Source: Candidatus Atribacteria bacterium UBA6251 (GTDB lineage Bacteria > Atribacterota > Phoenicimicrobiia > Phoenicimicrobiales > Phoenicimicrobiaceae). From it: a stretch of DNA of 64,000 nt. Shown piece by piece: positions 29,672 to 38,390 of the stretch (its first letter is position 1; the number at the start of each line of letters is the position of its first letter). The translations under genes and the position numbers were made by a program. The stretch is taken from positions 3,369-67,368 of the forward strand of contig DJVR01000034.1 in the NCBI GenBank assembly GCA_002441285.1. The letters are read 5' to 3'. The notes beneath the pieces were generated by a model that ran no database searches, was not told where the DNA came from, and was given only the letters and a program-made list of their open reading frames with translations.

Positions 29672-32296
29672 TTATTCTACTACTGTTATTGGTACAGTAT
29701 ATTCATATGCTCCAAAATTAGTATAAAAAGTAACTGATAATGATTTACCTTCCATATTTGTGCTAAAGGTCAATCTGATAGTAGATTCACCAGGTAACAA
29801 ATTTGCATTGATATTATCTTCGATATGGGGGCTAGTAGAATTTCCGGTATCAATGATAGGGTCATAATCGTCTGCATTATATGGACTTTTAATTTCGATT
29901 TTCCTTAGTTTCGAAGGATCATAGTCCCACTCAACCTTCATACTACTTAAATTAAGTGTAGGTCCATTAACTTTAATATTAAAAGTGACAATTTTATTGT
30001 TTAACCAATATTTTAACGAATTATCTACTAAGATTAAGTTTATTATATTTACTGGAATATTTACAGTTGAAGATGGCTGTGTAATTATATCACCTGAAGC
30101 TTCTGCTTCTACTATTACTGTACCTGGATTAATAGTCGATTGTAAAGTGACTTCTGCAATTCCATTTTCTACATATACCTGTTTGAAGGAAGTTCCATCA
30201 GAAAATTTTCCTGACGTCTCTCCTTCTGTAATTGAAAAATCGACTACACCTGAATAATCAGGAACTATAATACCAGGTTCATCCACTATTGTTGCAGTTA
30301 TTATACAAGTATCCCCACCTACAAAGATATATGCAGGATTAGCAACCAAATTAATATGATGTGGTGCTGATTTTTTGTGAAATAACACCTCTATTTCTAT
30401 TGGATTGTCAGGATTTCCTGGTGGTCCATCTGCATTAGGTGGTAAATCACTTGAATAAATCTTAATACGTGCAGTAACTGTAGATGTAACTTCATAAGGA
30501 TATAAAGTTGCAGTAGCCATACCCCCGGTTAATGTTATTTCCTGAGTAGATTCACCAGAGGAAAAAGACCCTATTCCATTCGTGATTTTAAATGTGATGA
30601 AATTACCGTAAACTATATCCCCATCTTCAGATTTCATAATAGCCGTAATATCAGAAGGTATTATTGTATCTTCATCTAATTCAATAATTGATGGGTCAAA
30701 AGTAACATCGATATGGTGAGCTACAAGCGGACTTAAAATATTTATTTTTGTAGATCCTGAAATTAATTCCCCCCCACTGTCCTTTGCGCTAATTGTTATT
30801 TCTTGAGGAAACTCTCCAATTGAGGATGCTTTAAAAATACAGGTTTGAGAGTTTTCACCTTTAAATGTTAAATTAATAGAACCTGTACTACCGTTTAAGG
30901 TACCATAATCATCGGGGAAGTCAGTAATTACAACAGTTTTTGGAATACCAGCCTCACCAAAACTAACCGGTTTATTATTTTCATCTACAATAGTTACAGT
31001 TATAGTAGTTTCCTCATTCGGATAAATAGACTTTTTCTTTGTAGAAACTAAGATAGATTTAGCATCTCCAGTAAAGGTTACTTCAGTATATCCCATATCT
31101 AAATCAGGAGCTGATGCAGTTATCCCTACTACTCCAGGAGTTCCAGTGGACATTAAGTTTACAGTTGTTGGATTAGTAGGGTCAGCAGATACAGAATTAA
31201 TAGTTGAAGTTGATAAAGAACCAATGTCAGGGTTAGAAACGTTCAATGTTATTGTTCCTGAATATGCTATAGGAGTTTTATAATCAGCTTTTACTACAGT
31301 TACATTGATAGTTGAATTTTCACCTACAGGAAGAATTCTATCTTCTTCGGTTGCAGGTTCAAGAATTATTCCTACAGCTCCAGTGGTTACTCTAATATTA
31401 ACTGTATCAGTTACATCCTCGGGTCCTCCTAAATTAGCTGAAGCTTGAATCTTTTCTATGCCATCTATAGATTCACCTGGTTCAAATGCAAAAGAGTAAA
31501 ATGTAATTTTAGCTTTTCCATTAGTTGTATGGACAATTATAGTGTCTGGGTCATCTTTAGTTCTTGATGCATTATTTATATATCCAACTGGGTTATAATC
31601 ATCATTTGGAGTAGGGATAATAAAGGAAAAACTAATATCTCCTTCCCAATCTGTTATAGTATTACCATTATTGTCTTTAATTTCTGCAAAAAGTGCAACC
31701 TCAGAATCAGGTATAATAGTATAATAAGGAGAGGCATAAAGAATAATACCAGCAGCATCAGAAACTTTACTTGTATTTGGCTTATTATATAATATCGTTG
31801 AGGCTTCTTCTGTTTTTATATTTCCTTTTCTATCCATCCAACGAACCTGCGTAATTACTTTTTTCAAAGTTACTACTTCGCCTTTTTTTTCTAAGTCTAA
31901 AACAATAGAGCCTCTATGAAATTTTGTGCCAGGGATAAGAGTAATGGGTTCATCTTTTACTTTATTAAAATCCATATTTTTAAAATCTTCTATCGTTTCC
32001 CGCAAATAGTTAGTAGCAACTGTCCGGTCTCGGGCGTCAGCCATTCCCATAAAGCCGGTGCTATAGGCGTAAAAGATTCCCACAATGGCCAGAGCTAAAA
32101 TAGCTACCGCTACCATTAATTCAACTAAGGAAAAACCTTTGAGATTGCTTCCCCTGCTTTCGCTGGTGCAGGCTTGCTTCGCTTCTCGCAATGACAGATA
32201 AGATGGATTCCCTCTTTCGCGGGAATGACAGAAGGGAAACAGCCCTCGCAATGACAGGGAAAATTTTATTTTTTTTGATAATATTTTATTTAACAT
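29672..32296 (-). CDS. Giant prepilin-type protein with Ig-like/Big repeats (putative pilus tip adhesin)
   Basis: 874-aa ORF. Prepilin cleavage/methylation motif NLKG|FSLVELMVAVAILALAIVGIF at about 32135, followed by about 800 aa of beta-rich repeat domains. The annotated N-terminal 55 codons overlap the 32150-32275 repeat, so the true start is probably near 32190. Confidence 0.7.
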   Translation of the reverse strand: MLNKILSKKIKFSLSLRGLFPFCHSRERGNPSYLSLREAKQACTSESRGSNLKGFSLVELMVAVAILALAIVGIFYAYSTGFMGMADARDRTVATNYLRETIEDFKNMDFNKVKDEPITLIPGTKFHRGSIVLDLEKKGEVVTLKKVITQVRWMDRKGNIKTEEASTILYNKPNTSKVSDAAGIILYASPYYTIIPDSEVALFAEIKDNNGNTITDWEGDISFSFIIPTPNDDYNPVGYINNASRTKDDPDTIIVHTTNGKAKITFYSFAFEPGESIDGIEKIQASANLGGPEDVTDTVNIRVTTGAVGIILEPATEEDRILPVGENSTINVTVVKADYKTPIAYSGTITLNVSNPDIGSLSTSTINSVSADPTNPTTVNLMSTGTPGVVGITASAPDLDMGYTEVTFTGDAKSILVSTKKKSIYPNEETTITVTIVDENNKPVSFGEAGIPKTVVITDFPDDYGTLNGSTGSINLTFKGENSQTCIFKASSIGEFPQEITISAKDSGGELISGSTKINILSPLVAHHIDVTFDPSIIELDEDTIIPSDITAIMKSEDGDIVYGNFITFKITNGIGSFSSGESTQEITLTGGMATATLYPYEVTSTVTARIKIYSSDLPPNADGPPGNPDNPIEIEVLFHKKSAPHHINLVANPAYIFVGGDTCIITATIVDEPGIIVPDYSGVVDFSITEGETSGKFSDGTSFKQVYVENGIAEVTLQSTINPGTVIVEAEASGDIITQPSSTVNIPVNIINLILVDNSLKYWLNNKIVTFNIKVNGPTLNLSSMKVEWDYDPSKLRKIEIKSPYNADDYDPIIDTGNSTSPHIEDNINANLLPGESTIRLTFSTNMEGKSLSVTFYTNFGAYEYTVPITVVE
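32150..32275. repeat. Three GTCATT-hairpin repeat modules (reverse orientation) at the 5' end of the giant pilin gene
   Basis: Reverse complement reads GTCATTGCGAGGGCTGTTTCCCTTCT, GTCATTCCCGCGAAAGAGGGAATCCATCTTATCT, and GTCATTGCGAGAAGCGAAGCAAGC...GAAGCAATCTCA. Confidence 0.8.
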
Positions 32297-32479
32297 ACTA
32301 TCACCTCAACAATTAGTCTGCCGGTCGACCAATCTGCCAGTCTAAATAGTCATTAGTAAATAGTGGATAATCGTTAGTAAAGAAAATACAAAAAATAAAT
32401 TCAAAAAAACGTAAACCATACACCTCGTAGAACAGGCATCATTAAGCCCACAATTTATGCCCGAAAGCTAACGACTAAT

Positions 32480-32965
32480 TTACCAATTCTCCGGAGGGTC
32501 TGGACTTATTCTTACTCGGGCAGTTACCGGTGTCATAATCACATAAAGAATCTTTCCTCTTTTATTTTTCAAAGTAACTGTTCCTCCCATACTAGGGACT
32601 CCATTCGGATAAAAATAGACTTTATTGTTTGTAAAATTAGTCTTAAATAATTCTACTCCTTCTAATTTTATTTCTTTATAAAGTTCACTTTCACTTCCTT
32701 TAAGTATTTTATATTTATTTGAGGAAGTTGGCCAATTAAAAGTTGTATAAAATTCTATTTTGTAATATACACCCTCATAAAATGCCCTCGACTGAGTATT
32801 TTTTAATTCTGAACTTAAAAGTGCTGCTGCTGTGTTTAATTTATTCCATTGTATCAAATAATCTAATCCGTTTATGCCAAGACCAAGCAGTAAGGATATT
32901 ATACCTCCTACGACCATTAATTCGATAAGGGTAAAACCTTGTTTAAGACCAGGGCTACGCTTCAT
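32480..32965 (-). CDS. FimT/GspH-like minor pseudopilin
   Basis: 161 aa. Class III signal LKQG|FTLIELMVVGGIISLLLGL. Confidence 0.75.
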   Translation of the reverse strand: MKRSPGLKQGFTLIELMVVGGIISLLLGLGINGLDYLIQWNKLNTAAALLSSELKNTQSRAFYEGVYYKIEFYTTFNWPTSSNKYKILKGSESELYKEIKLEGVELFKTNFTNNKVYFYPNGVPSMGGTVTLKNKRGKILYVIMTPVTARVRISPDPPENW

Positions 32966-33093
32966 ATACTGGTTATTTATCTTTCTATATTTTAAAGGTT
33001 TTGGTTATGGTTATTGGTTAAAAGCTATAAGTTTGATACCACATACACCTATTTTTTATAGCTATATATTACATTTTTTTATTTTCTTAATCT

Positions 33094-33861
33094 TTATCCG
33101 CCTAAGTACCAGAATAGAATTTTATCACCAATTAAAATTGCAATTAACGAGCCTGCTACTATAAATGGTCCAAAGGGTATTGTCTCTCCCCTGTTTTTCA
33201 TTTTTAAGATAATTAAAACAATTCCGGTTAATGCACCTAACAAATAACCAAAAAATAAGGATAAGGAAGTATATCTCCAGCCCAGGAAAGCTCCAATCAT
33301 AGCTGCCAGTTTAATATCACCTCCACCCATTGCTTCTTTTTTAAAGAGCCATTCTCCTATCAAGGCGATGAATAAAATTGCACCTCCTCCTGTTACTATG
33401 CCCAGAGCTGAATCCCACACTGAGATATGCTTTACCAAAAAACTGATCATCAATCCTATTACTATCCCTGGAAGAGAAATCTCATTCGGGATAATCTCTT
33501 CCTTAAAATCGATAAAGGCAATAATAATTAGTGCTGAAGATAAAGCCATATAGACTAAAGTTTGCACCCTAAAACCATATTTTAAATAAAGAAGTAAATA
33601 GATTATGGCATTTAAAAATTCTACCACAGGATATTGGAGAGAGATCTTATTTTTACAATTACGGCATCTACCTTTCAGTAAGAAGTAACTTAATAAAGGT
33701 ATATTGTCTTTGGTGCTTATCCTGGTATTACAGTACGGACAATGAGAAGCAGGATAAACTATCGATTCTTTTCTGGGTAGACGATATATACATACATTAT
33801 TAAAACTTCCTACCACCAGACCGAGAACGATTAATAGAATAATATTTATAACATAGTACAT
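33094..33861 (-). CDS. pilD: Prepilin peptidase (A24 family) PilD
   Basis: 255 aa. N-terminal zinc-binding CPYC...CRNC tetracysteine. Polytopic membrane domain with catalytic Asp motifs. Confidence 0.85.
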   Translation of the reverse strand: MYYVINIILLIVLGLVVGSFNNVCIYRLPRKESIVYPASHCPYCNTRISTKDNIPLLSYFLLKGRCRNCKNKISLQYPVVEFLNAIIYLLLYLKYGFRVQTLVYMALSSALIIIAFIDFKEEIIPNEISLPGIVIGLMISFLVKHISVWDSALGIVTGGGAILFIALIGEWLFKKEAMGGGDIKLAAMIGAFLGWRYTSLSLFFGYLLGALTGIVLIILKMKNRGETIPFGPFIVAGSLIAILIGDKILFWYLGG

Positions 33862-33876
33862 TTATACTCCTGTTAT

Positions 33877-34263
33877 TTATTTTACCACTATATTTAAATT
33901 TAAAAATTCACCATCAGGACCAATCGCATCAATGGTGAAGGTATCTATACTATTAAACTTTACTACTACATCACCGGGGGTACTGAAACCGTTAGCGGTT
34001 TGTACTCCTCGGGTAATGGGATTCTGAATATTTAAAGATTTTATTAGATCATCTATATTATTCCAGATAATTATAGGATGTTTACTGATTAATTCTGATT
34101 TAATTTCACTTACTACCGAATCTAAATTAGCTTTAATCAGTCTTATTTCATTCTGTTCTACATACCAATCATAGAGTTTGGGAACATAGATTATGGCAGC
34201 CCCAATAATCGCTATCCAGATAATTAATGTTAGAACCACTATGCCTTTTTGGTTATGTAGCAT
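33877..34263 (-). CDS. Small membrane-anchored protein, possibly a degenerate pilin-like protein
   Basis: 128 aa. QKG followed by a hydrophobic helix (IVVLTLIIWIAIIGAAI), but no Glu at +5. Confidence 0.35.
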   Translation of the reverse strand: MLHNQKGIVVLTLIIWIAIIGAAIIYVPKLYDWYVEQNEIRLIKANLDSVVSEIKSELISKHPIIIWNNIDDLIKSLNIQNPITRGVQTANGFSTPGDVVVKFNSIDTFTIDAIGPDGEFLNLNIVVK

Positions 34264-34280
34264 CCCTCTTTACCTCTATC

Positions 34281-34466
34281 TTATTCTTCCAGAGTCTCCT
34301 CTTTTTTAATTCTTTCTTCTCTTTTCTTCATACGATTCAACTTCTCTTTAATAGCTTCAGTAACAAAATGATTAATTAATATGCCATGAGATTGACAATA
34401 ATCCTTTAATTCTATAATTATTTCATTCGGTATTCTAGTACCTAATAACTTTTTCGTCATAGTCAT
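34281..34466 (-). CDS. Small ribbon-helix-helix (CopG/Arc-like) DNA-binding protein (putative)
   Basis: 61 aa. A beta-strand/helix-helix pattern (TRIPNEIIIELKDYCQ...NHFVTEAIKEKL). First gene of the pilD operon. Confidence 0.35.
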   Translation of the reverse strand: MTMTKKLLGTRIPNEIIIELKDYCQSHGILINHFVTEAIKEKLNRMKKREERIKKEETLEE

Positions 34467-34723
34467 TATATTTAACCTCTGTTGACTAATGTTAACATAA
34501 GATAACTCATTTTGTCAAACCTAAATAATTTACCAAATCTAAATAAGTAGCAAGGGATAAGTAATGAGTGATTAGTAATGATTAGTGATAAATTATATAG
34601 TTAAAAGCCAATCAATCAACTAACCATCTCACTTTCAACTAAGCTTTAATTACTAACAATTATCCATTTATCCACTAATGATTAAATACTATCCTCTATC
34701 AGTTCATCCTTAATGATTGAATA

Positions 34724-36835
34724 TTATTCTCCTTTTCTATTTTTATCAAGATTCTTAATCTCTTTTTCTATATCTTCAATTATCGGACTGCCTTCCGGTG
34801 CTAATACTAAAGCTTCCAAAAAATATTCCAGTGCCTTGTCCGGCATTTCTTTTTTCTTATACACTATCCCTAAATTATTTAATACAATATACTTATTGTT
34901 AAAATTGGGTTCAATTTCTAAAATCTTATTCCACTGTTCGATAGTATCATCATATTTTTCTTGAGTAAAATATAGATACCCTAAATCATAATATGCCTTA
35001 GTAAATTTCGGGATAAGATAAGCGGCATACCGAAATTCTTCTTCTGCTTTTGAAAATAATCCTGCCTGGCGATAAACTAAACCTAAATTATAAAAGGTTT
35101 TGGCATCAATCCGATATCTGGTAGTCTGCAATAAAACTTCTTCAGCCTTAGTGAGATTTCCCAAATTATAATAAGTTGTGCCAAGGGCATGTAATATCCT
35201 TCCATTATAAGGATATAATGATGCGGCCTGCTCAAAATAAGATAAGGCCTCACTATAATTACCGTCCACATTGTGCCTCATACCCTTAAAATATTTTATT
35301 TCAGCAATATATGGTCTTACTGCTATTAAATTAATAGCCCATATCATAAAGACTAATACAATAATGGTCAGAGTAATTTTTATCCTTTTATTTTTTAATT
35401 TTGATTCTTTTGTTCTATTATCAGAATAAGTTTTGGGTAAATTTATCTTTCTGGCATATATTACAGTTAGTCCTAATAAAGCAAAAAAGGTTACCCCTAA
35501 TGCCGGCACATGAAAAGGAAAAGTAAACAGACAATGTATTAAAAAACAGGTAATACCCGAAACTAGACCAAAGACAATTATTTTTTCTTTGTCACTATCA
35601 TTTTCTTTCCAATAATCTATTATTAAACTATAAAATATCAGAATAATTCCGATAAATATCCCCAAACCGACTATTCCTATTTCCGCCCACATCTGCAGAT
35701 ATTCATTATGGGCCTCCCCTGCCTTTCCGGAATATTGTATATAGTAGGGATTGTTTTTTAAAAACTCTGCCTGATAGTTTAAATAATTCATTTTAAAAGT
35801 GCCAATCCCCGAACCAAATATGGGATTATCCTTAATCATTTCAAGAGTGGTCTTCCAGATTAACAGACGGGTATTGATGGAGGGGTCTTGCTCGTCAAAG
35901 GTGGATAGTGCTCTCTGGGGAACAGTTATGGCGCTTTTGTTGAGAGGATTGTCAGTGGAATAGATAATAGTAATTACCAGAAAAATTAATAAAAGTAAGG
36001 ACAGCCTTTTTTTATTTTCTTGAAATATTTTTAAAAGATTAAATTTAAAAATAATATAAATTGCTAATATTACAGTAAGACTGATGCTAATCCATATTCC
36101 CCGGCTCTGGCAAATCATTAAAGTCGCATAAAGGATAGATAATAAGAAAAAATATTTTATTTTATTTTTTTTGGTTTGCTCTAATAGAAAATAGGAAAAT
36201 ACTACCGGAAAAATCATCGCCAGGTAATTGGAAATCCAATTTTTCTGGCCAATTGTAGAAGTCAAGTTGTGTAAATCACTTAAATAGGGGTCTATACCAT
36301 AATACTGCATAAGGGTGTATATTGAGACGAGTAAGGAGATTATAAAGAATAGATAAATAAATGGATTAAAATCTTTCTTTCTATTTAGATTATTGGTTAT
36401 TAAAAAAAATATCAAAATATAAGATAAGAATATTATAAATTCCTGAAAACTTACTGCCTTTGTTTTGCTGATAAAAAGAGAAAGGAATAATACTAATGAA
36501 AACAAAATCAAAGGTAAGTCCAATTTAGTCCTTTGCAGAGAATATTTTCCGGTATTTATTATTTTCATCAAAAAAATAGCAAATAAAATTACATTGAATA
36601 GTTTAAGAATGGCTTCCTGGTTTACTCGGAAATCATAGACATATTTACTAGCAAATAAGGGAATAGTTATTAGCAATAATTGTAATAATATGGTTAATAG
36701 TTTCTGATAAATATTATCTTTTTCTATCCAGTACTTTTTCACTTTTACGCTTCTTTCGTATTTATTTAAAAATAAAAATAGCTCCAGATACAAATTTATA
36801 CCTGGAGCCATTTGCCTATTTCTACTATTTTGCAA
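34724..36835 (-). CDS. O-antigen ligase (Wzy_C)-family polytopic membrane protein with C-terminal TPR repeats; candidate pilin O-glycosyltransferase
   Basis: 703 aa. About 12 TM helices and a Wzy_C-like loop. TPR motifs in the C-terminal 250 aa. Located immediately downstream of pilA. The annotated first 20 codons overlap the pilA terminator hairpin, so the start is uncertain. Confidence 0.6.
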   Translation of the reverse strand: MQNSRNRQMAPGINLYLELFLFLNKYERSVKVKKYWIEKDNIYQKLLTILLQLLLITIPLFASKYVYDFRVNQEAILKLFNVILFAIFLMKIINTGKYSLQRTKLDLPLILFSLVLFLSLFISKTKAVSFQEFIIFLSYILIFFLITNNLNRKKDFNPFIYLFFIISLLVSIYTLMQYYGIDPYLSDLHNLTSTIGQKNWISNYLAMIFPVVFSYFLLEQTKKNKIKYFFLLSILYATLMICQSRGIWISISLTVILAIYIIFKFNLLKIFQENKKRLSLLLLIFLVITIIYSTDNPLNKSAITVPQRALSTFDEQDPSINTRLLIWKTTLEMIKDNPIFGSGIGTFKMNYLNYQAEFLKNNPYYIQYSGKAGEAHNEYLQMWAEIGIVGLGIFIGIILIFYSLIIDYWKENDSDKEKIIVFGLVSGITCFLIHCLFTFPFHVPALGVTFFALLGLTVIYARKINLPKTYSDNRTKESKLKNKRIKITLTIIVLVFMIWAINLIAVRPYIAEIKYFKGMRHNVDGNYSEALSYFEQAASLYPYNGRILHALGTTYYNLGNLTKAEEVLLQTTRYRIDAKTFYNLGLVYRQAGLFSKAEEEFRYAAYLIPKFTKAYYDLGYLYFTQEKYDDTIEQWNKILEIEPNFNNKYIVLNNLGIVYKKKEMPDKALEYFLEALVLAPEGSPIIEDIEKEIKNLDKNRKGE
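36768..36808 (-). terminator. Intrinsic terminator/attenuator after pilA
   Basis: Hairpin GCTCCAG...CTGGAGC followed by UAUUUUUAUUUU on the minus-strand RNA. Confidence 0.6.
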
Positions 36836-36839
36836 AAAA

Positions 36840-37262
36840 CTATTTCCTCGCAGTTAAAGGATTATCATATACATTACCATTATCATTGGTATTTCTTCCA
36901 TTAATAGTAAAAACATTATTACTATAAGTAACCCATACTTCTCCAGCAACGGCAGCATCCTCACTTGCTGGGCAAGTAGTTTGTGCGTTTCCAGTTACAG
37001 GATTATATATACCAGCATTTGCAAATACTACAGATGATAGTTTATCAGGTGTATCAATATCGGTTACTGGTCTATCAGCTAATTCTGCTTGAATCAAAGT
37101 TTGAATTGTTCCTGCATTGGCTTTAACTATCGCATTTTTTGCTTTATCCTGCTGGCCAGTATAAAGTCTTAATCCTAAGAGTGCTAATACACCGATGATA
37201 GCTACTACGACCATCAATTCGATTAAGGTAAAACCTTTTTTATTCTTTCTAAAATTATACAT
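36840..37262 (-). CDS. pilA: Major type IV pilin PilA
   Basis: 140 aa. Canonical class III signal KKG|FTLIELMVVVAIIGVLA. Short pilin with a C-terminal Cys. Confidence 0.9.
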   Translation of the reverse strand: MYNFRKNKKGFTLIELMVVVAIIGVLALLGLRLYTGQQDKAKNAIVKANAGTIQTLIQAELADRPVTDIDTPDKLSSVVFANAGIYNPVTGNAQTTCPASEDAAVAGEVWVTYSNNVFTINGRNTNDNGNVYDNPLTARK

Positions 37263-37404
37263 TTTTTTATTTCCTCCATTTATTTTAGTTTGTTGCTTAG
37301 CTTATAGGTTAGGAATTAGAAGTAGGTTAAAAAATTATTCCAAAAACTCTTGAATTATTCACCAATTCCTAATAATTTAATAATAATTAAAAATATTTTT
37401 AAAA

Positions 37405-37500
37405 ATCGGTAGTTAGACAGTCATAACCCTTTTTTTGAAGAGATTAAGTTATTAGGTTTTAGACCCTAACTTTGCGCCCCATTCTTTCAAATGGTTTACC
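37405..37500 (-). ncRNA. c-di-GMP-I (GEMM) riboswitch candidate, proximal copy upstream of pilA
   Basis: Minus-strand RNA GGUAAACCAUUUGAAAGAAUGGGGCGCAAAGUUAGGGUCUAAAACC... aligns with Vc2 GGCAAACCAUUCGAAAGAGUGGGACGCAAAGCCUCCGGCCUAAACC. Confidence 0.7.
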
Positions 37501-37597
37501 TTTCTCAATTTTTTTATGACCCTGGATTTGATCACCTCCTGTTTTTCTTTTCATCTGCTAGTACATTTTTGTGTCTTATTTAAATAAATAAAAGGAA

Positions 37598-37700
37598 AGT
37601 CGGTAGTTTGGCAGTCATAGCAATCATAGTAATAATTACTTTAGACCCATAACTTTGCGCCCCATCTTTTCAGATAGTTTGCCTTTTTCAACTTTTAAAA
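37598..37700 (-). ncRNA. c-di-GMP-I (GEMM) riboswitch candidate, distal copy upstream of pilA (tandem)
   Basis: Minus-strand RNA AAGGCAAACUAUCUGAAAAGAUGGGGCGCAAAGUUAUGGGUCUAAAG..., the same consensus. About 200 nt upstream of the proximal copy. Confidence 0.7.
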
Positions 37701-37794
37701 GATTACTTATTCTATTTTCTATTTATATTATTCCATATTTTAAAAAATTTTAGACTAAAGAAGAATTTTTTTTACAATCTACAATATATGAAAA

Positions 37795-37844
37795 AAAGAA
37801 GAAAAAATCTATACTTAAAATTCTTTTTAATTTTAAGTATAGAT
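37795..37844 (-). terminator. Intrinsic terminator after the sigma/unknown-protein operon
   Basis: Hairpin ATCTATACTTAAAATT / AATTTTAAGTATAGAT followed by a U-run on the minus-strand RNA. Confidence 0.7.
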
Positions 37845-37879
37845 CTTTGAGCTGTAAATTAAGGATTTAGCCTTTTAAA

Positions 37880-38332
37880 TCAGGTATTTTCATAAACAAA
37901 GATTTGAAAATCATCACTGTTAAATCTTTGAAATTTTACACTATTTACCGCAGGTTTAACTACAAAGACTCTTTCATTATTATCATGAGGGTCAATTGGG
38001 TAAGCAAAAAAACCTTTTCTCTCTGGATTAAAACTATGGGTAGAACCATAAAAATTTTCGCCATCTTTAAAGATGATGACAATTTTACGTTGAGTAGGAA
38101 TAGGCTGAGGTTGTCCTTCGAAGGTTCTTACTTTTTGATAATCTTTATTCCCTTGATAATCTTTAACAAAAAATACTGCTTTTAATTCATTTACATCTAC
38201 TTCAACTAGTTTATCTCCGTATTCTTCCAAAGGATGAAGGTGAAAAATATCTTTGTTGGGATTAAAGTCAGTAGACCAACCTTTGATGATGGAGCCATCC
38301 TTGTATTTTACTACCATTTTGTTGGGTATCAT
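37880..38332 (-). CDS. Uncharacterized protein with internal tandem duplication (paralog B)
   Basis: 150 aa. Two ~65-aa repeats of the pattern VVKYKDGSIIKGW...F.P / IVIIFKDGENFYG...FFAYPIDP. Paralogous to 38391-38816. Confidence 0.6.
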   Translation of the reverse strand: MIPNKMVVKYKDGSIIKGWSTDFNPNKDIFHLHPLEEYGDKLVEVDVNELKAVFFVKDYQGNKDYQKVRTFEGQPQPIPTQRKIVIIFKDGENFYGSTHSFNPERKGFFAYPIDPHDNNERVFVVKPAVNSVKFQRFNSDDFQIFVYENT

Positions 38333-38390
38333 CTTAATCTCCTTGTCTCCTCTCTAGAATAGAAAGGTTAAAATAAATCCTTTCCTGGTC

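Noticed and set aside
22150-32275. The GTCATT repeats as a CRISPR array
   Set aside because: Units differ in length and type, spacers are not unique-length segments between identical repeats, copies occur in both orientations, and no cas genes are present.
37430-37520. 31-codon ORF (MKRKTGGDQIQGHKKIEKGKPFERMGRKVRV) on the minus strand overlapping the proximal pilA riboswitch
   Set aside because: Its reading frame runs through the highly conserved GEMM core. It is most likely a chance ORF and not a leader peptide.
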